The notes under the pieces: model-generated
What the model saw: only the letters and a program-made list of their open reading frames with translations
The model's database searches: none
Told to the model about the DNA's origin: nothing
Assembly: GCF_030684315.1 (NCBI RefSeq)
Contig: NC_081397.1
Location: 10,564,421-10,628,420, forward strand
DNA from: Stegostoma tigrinum
Lineage: Eukaryota
DNA length: 64,000 bases
Direction: 5' to 3'
Shown: positions 1 through 12,040 of the stretch, one piece after another
Position numbering within the stretch: the first letter of the stretch is position 1
How the letters are laid out: every line of letters starts with the position of its first letter
Translations under genes and position numbers: made by a program

Positions 1-524
1 ATTAATGTGTGCATGCCAGTTTTGGCTATGCGAATATTTTCATCAATCTTTACCTGTCAGTTACTGCAAAGTCAATATGAGAGACTCATCAATCTTTTTT
101 GGTCTGTTTGCATAATATGAATCTGAAAGGTTAGATATCGATCCATGTTTGTTGCTTTCTACTTCTAAAAGTGGTTTAATTGTCAGCAATCAGTAATTTT
201 ATGGGTTGAGATGTGATTCATAATGTGATAGATGTTATTAGAGTCATTTTATGTAGATTTTCTTCAATTTCTGCGTGTATACTTTGGACAAGGAGGTCTA
301 TCCACCTTAAAAATGGTGTAAATATCAATGGGCTATGAATGGTGAAACTTATTGGAACTGGGCATTTTGAATGGAGAGCAAAGAAAAATAAAATTGCATT
401 TTTTATGTGCTGTCTTACTGTTGGTTTGAACAGATCTGTTGGAAATTAAGCTCAATGTGTGACTGACTCGATCCGCTCTGTGACTGTAGAAAGGATGTTC
501 TCTACTCTGACAGTGGGAACATAC

Positions 525-606
525 CTGCTGTTTATTATAATGAGCTGGTCACACTTGGCTTTGATCTGAAGCAATGTTACATTGTCCTGGTCCTTCCAGT
601 GTTTGT
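525..606 (-). other. candidate exon of unidentified gene (duplicated exon module)
   Basis: Minus strand cctacag|...AACAGCAG|gtatgt; 82 nt, open (xKHWKDQDNVTLLQIKAKCDQLIIINS). The exon and its flanks resemble 5495-5570. Confidence 0.35.
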
Positions 607-3600
607 CTGTAGGAAGACGGAACAGATAGCTCCTGTAAACCAACATCAGTTGGGTTTGACAATATTTAACTGATCAATGCAACATTTTGCTAATAGTCAT
701 TTGGATATTTTGTTTATCACCAGGAATTCTAACATAACTATGGGTCAGATTCCAGTCTTGCATTGAGCTGCTTCTTGTCTAATAATTTTTAATGACATCA
801 ACACCATTTGAGTGAGGTCTCAAAAGTAACCAAAACCTGCACAGCTCCATGACTGCATCTACCTTAGACAAACCTGTCTGTGGATATGAGTTTAGTTATT
901 GATTTATTCGTGTCAATTCCTACTTGGCGAATGTGAGAGCGTTGTTGTCAAATTTGGTAAATTATTTATGTATTACACAGCAGAGACTGACAAGGACAGA
1001 ATGGCACAGATCTCTAGACTGACTTAAACGATCCAGCACAGAAGGCATCCATGTGGCTCATCATGTCCATGCTGACCCGAACAACACCAGACAGCCATCA
1101 CCATCCCATTTTCCTGCACACATCCCATAGCCCTGCAGCTTACAGAACTTACGGGGGAGGTTCAGGTTGGTCTTAAAAGAGTTCATGCATTGTGTATTGG
1201 CATCATCTCACTGCATTCGTTGTTGTGTCAGAAAATCAGTTTCCTCAAGTCCTTAATTGCATGAATAAGGAGAATACCTGGTGCTGCCTATTTGGTCTTC
1301 TCTGTTACTTGTTTCTTCCATTCACAGGTACAATTTCTGTATATAGGAATTACTTCTCTACCTGTCAGAATGTGCTATTCAATGGGGCTGCAGGTTTCAG
1401 TCCATTGCCCGTTAAAATTAGACAGACAGTCAACACAGACCAGCGTGATTATTTTGTGAAGAACTTGGAAAATAAAATTTAACACTCAGGACTAGGGCTG
1501 CTCTCATGTGCAAATTCTCAGAATTCATCTGAGAGTTTTTTTGAAAAGAGCTGTTGTGATGAAACAAGATGGACAGCCACACTCAATGGATCCTGTTTCA
1601 CTCTTCCTGCATTATGCGACTGAGCGGTTTAAATGTTTCCTGTAAATTGGAGAACCATTTACCACAGTGGGAGAGGAGAGAGTTTTCAAGTCATCTCTCC
1701 TGTAGTGAATGGGAAAGACCGTATGTTCTTCAGTTGTTTGAGCGTGTAGCTTTCACAGGCAGATGAAAATGCAGGACATTGCAATAGTATGAGTGTTGGC
1801 TTTTCTTCAGAGTTGAGGAGGGAAAAGGAACGGACCTTTGCAACTGCTATATTAGAGTCTAAACAGCAGTGGTGATATCAAGGGACATCTTCGAGTATGA
1901 TATGAGTATTGAGTATTGATATGAGTATTGTTTCATATTGCATAGTGACATACGTTTTGGAATACTGAAGTAAAGGTATTAATTTAATATGTTATAGCCA
2001 AAGGGAAAGTGCCATGAACAAATCAACTGCATTGCAGCTGACTGATCACAATGTTCCTTGTGCAGGAAAGAAAATTGGCTTATTTACTTCTATTTTATTT
2101 TGTGGCTCAGACATTACCCTTGCTGTGTGGGGAGGAAGAAGACAGAATTTTTATTTTCTGTCATGCAGTGGAGAAAACTGCAACAGTCAAACTAAATTTA
2201 CTGAAGAATAAACATTGCTGAACTCTCCTGGCAAACAAAAAAAAAGGAGAATGTTTACTATCTACCTGATTTGGCCAAATCCTTCTTTCTCCACTGTTTT
2301 GAAGAATGGCTTTTTATTGTGTTCCTTATTTGAGAAAATGGCAACTAGTTTTCTATTGTGTGAGATGTAATACTTCAAAGGGAGTGTCATGTGGAACACA
2401 GGGCTATTTGAATAATATTTAAGCTAATTAGAAAAAAAAACGTCCATGATTATAAAGTCCTCCTGCTTAGGACAGAATAAAAGAAAAATATATTTCTGCT
2501 CGGTGACAAAACTGACAACTATCCGGCAATAAAGGTAGGGATGGTAGTTCCTCTACCACCATGATATATTGATGGAAATTGAATGCTGGCTGAATGGATG
2601 TAGAATTGTTGCCTCGTTGTTTCTAACCAGTACAGACTCAGTGAGAGACAGGACTGTTTTCTGTGTCGCAGATGTCTATGACTGTATATGTGTGAGTGAT
2701 AATCATTTTGTGTATATCATTTTCTGTTAGCTGGAGTTTAAATGGAACTCCACAGTTGTTAGTCCTTGCATCATATCTGTAGTTATGGCGTTTGCGCTTT
2801 GAACTAATTCTGGATCAGTCAGTACCTATGTCTGTCAGTCCATCCACATGGAGACAAAGCAGAGTTAATATTATGGGACCTGTGACACTTCTTCAGAACA
2901 CTCATTTCTCTACACAGATGCTGCCAGACTTGCTGAGGTTTTGCGGCAACTTCTACTTTTGTTTCTGATTCCTATCAGCTGCAGTTCCTTGATTTTTCTA
3001 TTTGTCAGGCTTTGACACTAAAAATGCATGTGGAATTCACGTCATTTATTTGTTGTGTTAATGTATGGGATTAATATTTATCAAAGGAGCAATTCTGTCC
3101 TGATCAGTTATTGGTCAACTAAACTTAAGTATCATTCATCATTTATTTCGTTGACTCATGGTGACTGCAGTATTTCCCACATCTGTATTAAACATCGACC
3201 TCTAAGAAGACTGTTGAAACAATGTAACAGTGATCATCTGGATTGTAACTTGAAAAATATGCTTAATAAACATAGAAACTGAATTCAGTCAGAAACTGAA
3301 TTAAATCTAAAACTGACAGACTGATTGAAAAAGACATTTATATATTCAGACAGCCATCCCTACCTCTCTTTTCTGCAATGTCGATATGTGAGTTTAGTCA
3401 TCAATCTGTTCATGTTAGTTTCTGCCACGTGAATGTTTGAGTGCAGTTATCAGTTTGTATCTGTTGGTTTCATGAGCAGTTCATGAGAATTCTGTCACAA
3501 AATCCAACAGTATTTTTCTTCTGAGGGAGCGACCAAATGATATTTAGTTCATGACCACGGCAATTACCATGGATTTAAATGCACGGGAATTGGATGCCTT

Positions 3601-4634
3601 CGCTCACATTCGGTACTGTTTGTCTCTTATGAAAAGGTAGCTCTCTGATCTGAAATCCATGAGGAGAAGCAATTTTGAATGTTACATGCTCTGAGGCTTG
3701 CAGTGTATTTGATCTTCATGCCTGGTACATGTTTAGCACATGTCAGGGCCGTGTATGTATTTGCAAGTCATTGTAAACCACTGTCGTGTGTATGTTGAGA
3801 GTGTGTTTGTGGTGAGACTTCGAGAGCGAAAAAACACATGCACTCAATAAGCATTCTCTGTCAGGCTTTGACACAGGATGTGTGCATTTAAACGTCACAT
3901 TATTTAATTGTCCTGTCTCTGTCTGGAACATGTGTTGGTCAAATGATTAATACTATCCTGCTCAGTTACTGATGTGAATGTTTCCATCCACATCTGTACT
4001 CATTACCTACTTCACATCTGGTTGGCGTAACTATGCAATGGCATGAACTAATTATTCACCTTTAAAGGAATGCTTCGTGCACCTTGTTCTGATATAGGAA
4101 AGCCTCCGGAGACTAATTAACATCTCAATTTGAAGCTTTCCCCCAAATGCTTTTAGTGATTTGTATTTTATTATGTGCATATATTTCTCGATTTCATCAT
4201 AATTATCGGAAGAGTCTTTAAAAGTATTTCTTAATACTATGAATAATATGAAAGAAACAACAAATTGCTGCATAATGGCCTTATCTGCTGTTTTCATGAA
4301 ATTCTAGGCTGACTGTCATCTGGGATCATTCACATCCCTTGCCCTAACCAACTCTGTTCACCCGAAGGGACAATATCCTTTCATTAATGAGATTGGAATT
4401 AATCATGGCTGTAATTTGATGAATGTGTTTGATCCTCTGGTACTTATGCAAACCATTAGTTCATCTGTTTGTTCTTGCAGGAGCTGACTATCCCCTTCAA
4501 TGTTTGTTCCAAATCTTCAAACTGTCTCACACAAACCTTCTCGCAGTTGTTCATACAAATGCTCCCTCTTGTGTCAGAATAACGTCTTCTCTTCTAATAG
4601 TAATACCTGTAATTTTTTATTCATTCACAGCATG

Positions 4635-4967
4635 ATGGTGTTGCTGTCTCAGCTTGCATTTATTGCCTGCACCTAATTGCCCAGAGAGCAGTTCAGAGTC
4701 AACCTCATTGCTGTGGGTCTGGAGTCTCACGTAGGCCAGACCAGGTAAGCATGCCAGTTTCCTTCCCTCAAGGAAACAAGTGAGCCAGATGGATTCTTTT
4801 TCCTGACAGACAATGGACTCATTGTCATCATTAGATTCTTAATTCCAGATCTTTATTGAATTCAAATTCCGCCATTTGCTGTGGGGTGTTCGAAACCATG
4901 TCCCCAGAATGTTGTCTGGTCTCTGCATTAACAGTGCAGTGATACGACCACGAAGTCAATGCCTCCC
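4635..4967 (-). mobile_element. tRNA-derived SINE
   Basis: Minus-strand head with degenerate A box and B box (ggtttcgaacacc). The same body (tgctgtgggtctggagtc...gtaggccagacc) recurs at 36010-36415 and 54730-55010. Confidence 0.6.
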
Positions 4968-5494
4968 AGATCTGGTGGCCTTTGTTCAGAACTGAGGAAG
5001 CGTACCAGGCCTGAAACATTAACTCTGATTTCTCATCACAGATGCTGCCAGACCTGCTGTGCTTTTCCAGAATCTTCTCTTTATTATTTGTCTTCCTCAG
5101 TCACTGATAACATGTAAAGTTTCCTTCCATGTCTGTACCCAATATCCACTCCATATATGGTTACATTGTTACAAGGACAACTTGAACTATTTACATACCT
5201 TGACTGTAACTTTAAAAATGCCCTTCCTCAACATGCATTCAATGCAGTTAGTGAGCATATATTTGTGAAGAAGATTCAATTGATCCCTCTTCAAATGCTT
5301 AAAAGAGACAATGGACTTTCAAAGATGAACTTTACTGGAACTGCACCGGTTTATGGGGAAAGAGATACGTTTGTATTTTGTTGATGTTGTTTGACCCTTG
5401 GATTGAATGTATATATCTGGAATTTGAGCTCAGTGCAAGTCTCACCCCTATGACTGTGGAAAGTAAATTCTCCACTCTGACAGTGCTAACATAC

Positions 5495-5570
5495 CTGCTG
5501 TTTGGTTGGAGCAGCTGGTAGATGCTGTACTGATGAAATATGACACAGTCTTGGCCCATCAAGTATTTGC
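5495..5570 (-). other. candidate exon 2 of unidentified gene (copy A)
   Basis: ttctttcttcctccag acceptor and CAG|gtatgt donor; 76 nt, in frame with exon 1 (CKYLMGQDCVIFHQYSIYQLLQPNS). Confidence 0.4.
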
Positions 5571-5901
5571 CTGGAGGAAGAAAGAACAGAATTCTCCTGT
5601 AAATTAACATCCAACAATTTTGAAAATATTAGAACTGATCAAGGCAAAATTTAATTAATACTCACAATACTTCCTTGTTTTAAAGCCAACAATTCAAACA
5701 GAGAACACTTGGCTCGATAATTTACCTGGACTCCTCCTCATCTTTCTTTGTGCAAAATTCTAAAACAATTTATTAAGATACAAAAACTAACCAACACCTG
5801 TACAGTCCTTGAACTGAATGTTTACACATTTCAATACCCAGCTCCCAATACACTACCTATTTAAGGGAAGAACAACTGGCACTAAAAAAAATACGAGTGC
5901 T

Positions 5902-6031
5902 CTCTGATGAAGGGTTTAGGCCCGAAACGTCAGCTTTTGTGCTCCTGAGATGCTGCTTGGCCTGCTGTGTTCATCCAGCCTCACGTTTTATTATCTCGGA
6001 TTCTCCAGCATCTGCAGTTCCCATTATCTCT
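5902..6031 (+). mobile_element. solo PLE terminal repeat with minimal hammerhead motif and 12-bp TSD
   Basis: CTGATGA(5904)-A-GGGTTTAGGCCC-GAAACGTC. TSD aatacgagtgct at 5890-5901 and 6032-6043. The paralogous site at ~30724-30735 is empty. Confidence 0.88.
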
Positions 6032-6399
6032 AATACGAGTGCTGTGTTTATCCTTTACATGATTAACACGTTTGCATGGACTGTGACTTCTTTACGATTC
6101 AATGCCAATTCGCAACAAACAACGTGAAACAGAAGCTAAACGATGAATTACCATCAGCGTTCGGAGAATTAACTATCACAAGACTGACCCCCAGCAGCAG
6201 CTTCTTGCCGCTGTGTCTCCCTCAGCAGGCCCACACACAGCCCGAGAAAGGCCTCTCTCTCCCCGCCCCCAGGCCGCTCACTCCAAGTTCCGGGACCAGT
6301 TCCTGCTCCGCTCCGCCTCTTACCAACAGCCCCCGGTTCTCCCTGAACTGAGCCCGAATCAATGCCGGTCTCGGAGCCCCCTCTGTGCCCCAGACTCAC

Positions 6400-6463
6400 A
6401 TCTCGATGCGCTGCTGGAAGGAGCCTGCTGTTCCCTCGCTTCCCTGTGCGCTGGTCTCTCCAT
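6400..6463 (-). CDS. candidate first coding exon of unidentified gene (copy A)
   Basis: gcaATGG Kozak context, MERPAHREAREQQAPSSSASR, then a GTGAGT donor. Lies in a GC/CpG-rich region and is conserved in the paralog. Confidence 0.45.
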
Positions 6464-6529
6464 TGCGGCCTGTCTCAAACAAACCTCTCCCACTCACTGA
6501 CTCAATGCTCCTCAATGGCAGCGCTGGTG

Positions 6530-6672
6530 GAGGACCTCACACATGCGCTCCTCCAGTCACAACAAGCAGCATTTTTGTTGCCTTTTGGCGGTTTTGGGAG
6601 GGGGGGCGGCGCGCAGAAACAACATCACGCATGCGCTGCACTTCACAATGCTCCCCAGAAACAAACATCATT
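6530..6672 (-). promoter_or_regulatory. CpG-rich promoter with NRF1-type GCGCATGCG motif
   Basis: cgcatgcgc at 6628-6636 upstream of the candidate exon 1; the paralog has two such motifs (30174, 30221). Confidence 0.5.
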
Positions 6673-6687
6673 TGGTCATTGTCAGTC

Positions 6688-6892
6688 GGAACTGCAGACG
6701 CTGGAGAATCTGAGATAACAAGGTTTGAGCTGGATAAACACAGCAGGCCCAGCAGCATCAGAGGAGCAGGAAGGCTGACATTCCAGGCCTCGACCCTTCC
6801 CTCTGAAATGGCTCCAGGCCCGAAACGTCAGCCTTCCTGCTTTTCTGTTGCTGTTTGACCTGCTATGTTCATCCAGCTCGACACCTTGTTAG
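6688..6892. mobile_element. head-to-head pair of PLE terminal-repeat fragments
   Basis: Minus copy (actgcagacgctggagaatc...) fused to a plus copy (ggcccgaaacgtcagcc...) at the hammerhead region. Confidence 0.75.
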
Positions 6893-6967
6893 AAATTGGT
6901 CATTTCCCTATTCCCTTCACTCTCAGTTAGAGCAAAGCCACTCCGTCCATTTAATGTGCTTCACTAT

Positions 6968-8760
6968 TCATAGAACATAGAACATAACAGCACAGTACAG
7001 GCCCTTCGGCCCTCGACGTTGTGCCGACCTGTCATACCGATTTCAAGCCCATCTAACCTACACTATTCCATGTACGTCCATATGCTTATCCAATGACGAC
7101 TTAAATGTACCGAAAGTTGGCAAATCTACTACTGATGCAGGCAAAGCGTTCCATTCCCTTACTACTCTGAGTAAAGAAACTACCTCAGAAATCTGTCCTA
7201 TATCTTTCACCCCTCAATTTAAAGCTATGCCCCCTCGTGCTCGCCGTCACCATCCTAGGAAAAAGGCTCTCCCTATCCACTCTACCTAACCCTCTGATTA
7301 TTTTATATGTTTCAATTAAGTCACCTCTCAACCTTCTTCTCTCTAATAAAAACAGCCTCAAGTCCCTCAGCCTTTCCTCGTAAGACCTTCCCTCCATACC
7401 AGGCAACATCCCAGTAAATCTCCTCTGCACCCTTTACAAAGCTTCCACATCCTCTCTTATAATGCGGTGACCAGAACTGTACACAGTACTCCAAGTGCGG
7501 CCGCACCAGAGTTTTGTACTGCTTCACCATAACCTCTTGGTTCCGGAACTCAATCCCACTATTAATAAAAGCTAAAACACTGTATGCCGCCTTAACAGCC
7601 CTGTCAACCTGGGTGGCAACTTTCAAGGATCTGTGTACATGGACACTGAGATCTCTCTGCTCATCTACACTGCTAAGAATCTTACCATGAGGCCTGTACT
7701 TTGCCTTCCGGTTACTCCTACCAAAGTGCATCACTTCACACTTGTCTGCATTAAACTCCATTTGCCACCTCTCAGCCCAGCTGTGCAGCTTATCGATGTC
7801 TCTCTGCAACATACAGCATCCTTCGTCACTATCCACAACTCCACCGATCTTAGTGTCGTCTGCAAATTTACTAACCCATCCTTCTACGCCCTCATCCAGG
7901 TCATTTATACAAATGACAAACAGCAGTGGACCCAACACCGACCCTTGCGGTACACCACTCGTAACTGGTCTCCAGGATGAACATTTCCCATCAACTACCA
8001 CGCTCTTTTCTTTCAGCAAGCCAATTTCCGATCCAAACTGCTATATCTCCCACAATTCCATTCCTCCGCATTTTGTACAATAGCCTCTTGTGGGGAACCT
8101 TATCGAATTCCTTGCTGAAATCCATATACACCACATCAACCAGTTTACACTCATCTACCTGTTTGGTCACCTTCTCAAAGAACTCAATAAGGTTTGTGAG
8201 GCACAACCTTCCCTTCACAAAACCGCGCTGACAATCCCTAATCAATTTATTCTTTTCTAGATGATTATAAATCCTATCCCTTATATTGTTTTCCAACACT
8301 TTACCAACAACTGAGGTAAGGCTCAGTGGTCTATAATTACCAGGGTTGTCTCTACTCCCCTTCTTGAACAGGGGAACCACATTTGCTATCCTCCAGTCAT
8401 CTGGCACTACTCCTGTAGACAATGACGAGTTAAAGATCAATGCCAAAGGCTCAGCAATCTCCTCCCTGGCCTCCCAGAGGATCAGAGGATAAATCCCATC
8501 CGGCCCAGGGGACTTATCTATCTTCACCTTCTGAAGAATTTCTAATACCTCTTCCGTGTGAAACTCAATCCCACCTAGTCTCATAGGCTGTATCTCAGTA
8601 TTCTCCTCGATAACATTGTCATTTTCTAGAGTGAACACTGTTGAAAAATATTCATTTAGCGCTTCCCCTATCTCATCTGACTCCACACACAACTTACCAC
8701 TACTATCCTTGATTTGGCCTAATCTTACTTTCCTCATTCTTTTATTTCTTAAATACCTAT
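6968..8760 (-). mobile_element. CR1 LINE, 5'-truncated, frameshifted RT
   Basis: ORFs 7991..8737, 7321..8019 and 7185..7430 give KSPGPDG, YMDFSKEFDKVPH, SGVPQGSVLGP, FADD and LVRPHLEYCVQFWSP. The 3' end has a catagaa short repeat. Confidence 0.93.
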
Positions 8761-8764
8761 ACCT

Positions 8765-8885
8765 CAGCCCGAAATGTCACCTTTCCTACTTCTAAGATGC
8801 TGCTTGGCCTGCTGTGTTCATCCAGCTCCACAGCTTGTTATCTCGGATTATCCAGCATCTGCGGTTCTATTTATTGCTGATACAA
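8765..8885 (+). mobile_element. PLE terminal-repeat fragment
   Basis: gcccgaaatgtca...gatgctgcttggcctgctgtgttcatccagc...ccagcatctgc. Confidence 0.75.
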
Positions 8886-8894
8886 ACAGATCAA

Positions 8895-9110
8895 ATTGTT
8901 ACACAGTTACAATGACCATATATGGAGTAGGTATTGAGTACAAATATGGAAGGTAACTTTTGATGTTATCAGTGACTGAGGAGGACAGAAATAATAAACA
9001 AAAACAGAATTTTCGGGTAGAGCTCAGCAGGCCTGGCAGCATCTGTGAAGAGAAATCAGAATTAATGTTTCGGATCCATGTGACCTTTGTGCAGAACAGT
9101 GGAAGTGTTT
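8895..9110 (+). repeat. third partial copy of segment A intron
   Basis: Matches 35865-36050 and the reverse complement of ~4985-5180 (ccatatatggagt...ggaagg...gatgttatcagtgactgagga). Confidence 0.7.
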
Positions 9111-9984
9111 GAAAAGTTAACTATGATTTCTCTTCACATGCTGCCAGACCTGCTTTGCGTTTCCAGCAAATTCCATTTTTGTTACTGACATACAGCACCG
9201 GAAGTTTTTTTGAATTTTTATTTAGGACTAAAATAATCTTTTGATGAATACATGTCCCATACAAAGACACAGAAATTAAATAATGTGAAATACAAATGCA
9301 CTTTCCCTGCCAAAGCCTGACAAGTAGAGAATGCAACATGGACTGCCAGATGCAGAATAAAACTCTGCAAATAAATAAAACAAAAAATCCTAGTACAAGG
9401 TAAAACTAAGTATCTGTGATACCATAGAACCCTAAAAAACGAAACAGCACACACTGACTCACAGGGCCAGCTTTTTAAAAAGAAAAATTAGCTTGTCTGT
9501 CCATTTCTACATGATATCTTTATCCTGATACACTATACTACAGATGGATAAATGAAAATGCCTCAGAAATACAGACCTGGTACATGTCAGCAGGAGGCCA
9601 TTCAGCCCATTGTGCTTGCTCTAGAACATTTGTACTCTTTGACTGACAGAAAGCTCATAAACAACAAATGGAAATGGGATGAAAGCTCACTCTCTACACC
9701 CTCATAACTATTCTCTCAGATTGAAGCACAGTCACAGAATATCACTGGTGGCCAGAGAATAAAACCACTTTGATGCACAAGAGTAGAAATTGATTATTTT
9801 GGATTGAGAACTTCACTCACACAGTCACACAGCAAAAACTGGTATATTTGCAACAATTACTAAACTCATAAATGGACCTAACAGAAACGGAAAGGCATAC
9901 ATTAATAGTTGCTCTTGTTCACGTTGCAGTAACTGACAAGAAGAGAATGATGATAACAGACACATTCTCATTGTTCAAAACAGG

Positions 9985-10725
9985 AGAGGGGTTCGACAGT
10001 TAATGGGAGGGCCCTGGGAAGTGTTCCCCAACAAAGACACCAAGGTGCTTGTGTGCGTAGTTCATTGAAAGTGGAGTCGCAAGTAGATAAGGTGGTGAAG
10101 CAAGTGTTTGCCTTCATTGGTCAGTGTATTGAGAATAGGAGTTGAGATGTCACGTTGTGGCTGTACAGGAAATTTGTTGAGTCCCACTTTTACTGCTTGA
10201 AGTTGTAGCCAACCTGCCGTGGGAAGGAAGTTGTTGAACTGGAGAGGGTGCAGAAAGTATTTACAAAGATGTTGCCTGGACTAGATGGTGTGAACTGTTT
10301 GGAGAGGGTGAACAGGCTCGGGCTTTCTACCCTGCAGCATCAGAGACTGAGGGGTGACCTTATAGAGGTTTATAAAATCATGAGGGGCATGGATAGGGTG
10401 AATAGCCATGGTCTTTCTTTCTTGGGTGGAGGAGCCCAAACCTTAAGGGCATGGTGAGAGGGTCAATGTTAAAAGAGACCTGAGGGAGATTTCTTTAGTG
10501 CAGAGTGTGCGGCATGTTTGGAACAAGCTGACAGAGGTACACCTTGTGGAGGGTACAATGATAAGTTTTAAACACCATTGGACGGGTAGATGAACAGGTC
10601 GACATGAGAGGGATATGTGCAAAATGCTGGCAAATGGGACGAGATCAGATTGGGATGTTAATCTATTGCAGACCAATTGGATGAAAGGGTCTGTTCCCAT
10701 TCTGTTTCACTCATGGACGCTGTGA
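9985..10725 (+). mobile_element. degenerate CR1 LINE 3' fragment
   Basis: ORF 10248..10457 (RLRGDLIEVYKIMRG) and a CR1-like 3' UTR. Confidence 0.85.
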
Positions 10726-10759
10726 TGCTCGAGCTGATTCTGTACATAAATACAGATAC

Positions 10760-11085
10760 TGCAAGGACAGGTCAGAGTCTGGGTATCCTGCAGTGAGTGT
10801 CTGGTCTCCTGCTTCCCCAAATCCTGTCCAACATCTAATGTGATCAAGTCAGGAATGTGATAGTTTAGCCCCACTTACCCGGATGAATGCAGCTCCAAAA
10901 ACACACCAGAAGCAAGGTACCATCCAGGAGAGTAACACTTGATTGGCTGCACATCCGCAAACGTCCATTCCCTCAAACACCAATGCTCAAGCAGCAATGT
11001 GTACCTTCCAGAAGATGCACAGCTGGAATTCACCAACGCTCCATAGACAGTGCCTTCCAAGCCCACGACCACTTCCATCTAGATA
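10760..11085 (+). mobile_element. degenerate LINE (CR1/L2 group) 3' fragment
   Basis: Decayed RT-tail-like sequence with no intact ORF. Confidence 0.4.
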
Positions 11086-11647
11086 CCACTGTGACACAGG
11101 GTGCCATCCAATACTTATGTGTTGCTTCAGTGAGAATGTCCCATTTCTTTCATTTCTCTGTATGTTCTTTCAACATTGAATTAATATTTACGGGATAAAG
11201 GTCAAGGTGAATGAATACTACAGTTAACAGCTCACTTGGATCAGATATTGTCATTGTACAGTGGAGCAAATTGAATGGGCCAAATTTTAAATCTGCTGCT
11301 TTGATTCCTTGCAGGAGTGAAACTGCAGACCTTGGACAAAGACTCGGGGTACAGTCAGAATTCAGGGCCATCGCAGTATTTCATCAACCAGTCACCAGAT
11401 CATGCGGGGAGAGGGCCACAGCCACCCCTCTTGAAGATGCAGTTACCGCATTAATCTTTAGCTTAGATTGGAAAGCGAGAGTGATGATGCTCTGATTCTT
11501 GCAGTGCAATACATTTTGTGTTACAGTAATCCAATGCAACGGGATCACTGTACCCTTCCCCTTATTCTATATGGCCAATCGTTTGAAACTCCTAATTGGA
11601 GATGGACCCACCAATAGCCAGGCCAAGGTTTGACACAATCTCATAAT

Positions 11648-11739
11648 GAGTTTTGAGAAGATTTGTAGCTCAGGTTGAGGTTCTGGATGTGAGTTGGCTC
11701 ACTGAGCTGGAAGGTTAGTTTTCAGACGTTTCGTCACCC
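11648..11739 (-). mobile_element. second repeat family (probable PLE end) starting in a hammerhead 3' half
   Basis: Minus strand gggtgacGAAACGTCtgaaaactaaccttccagctcagtgagc...; homologous to 16256-16311. Confidence 0.6.
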
Positions 11740-12040
11740 TTTTTTTATTTGAAAAAATATACTTTTTTCATAAGATGTACAAAAAATAACACATTTACAC
11801 ACCTACCCAGTCATGCAGACCGCTTTGAGTTACCCAGGGGGTACATACACCAACTAAAGGAAAAAAAACAAACAAAGAAGAAAAAAAACAAAGCAAAGAA
11901 AATACCCCGGCAGTCGTCCACCCGCACAGTCCCCGTTGGCCCCCTGGCCAGTTGGGGAAGGCTCCAGCTGGGCCCAGTTACCAGATATGGCCCTTTTTAC
12001 CATTCTGGATGAGGGGTTTCATACAGTGGTCTTTCCCCAC
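11740..12040 (-). mobile_element. inverted second 3' end of Tx1/L1-type element (ORF2 end, 3' UTR, polyA)
   Basis: Reverse complement matches 15965-16255 with moderate divergence; encodes ...WGKTTV*; T-run at 11740-11746. Confidence 0.9.

Larger units (their letters stand above)
1780..6672 (-). repeat. segmental duplication copy A (inverted paralog of 30138-39270)
   Basis: Reverse complement aligns continuously with 30138-30986 plus 35388-39270. Near-identical translations: 2014..2211 vs 38861..39052 and 6076..6351 vs 30416..30691. Confidence 0.95.
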
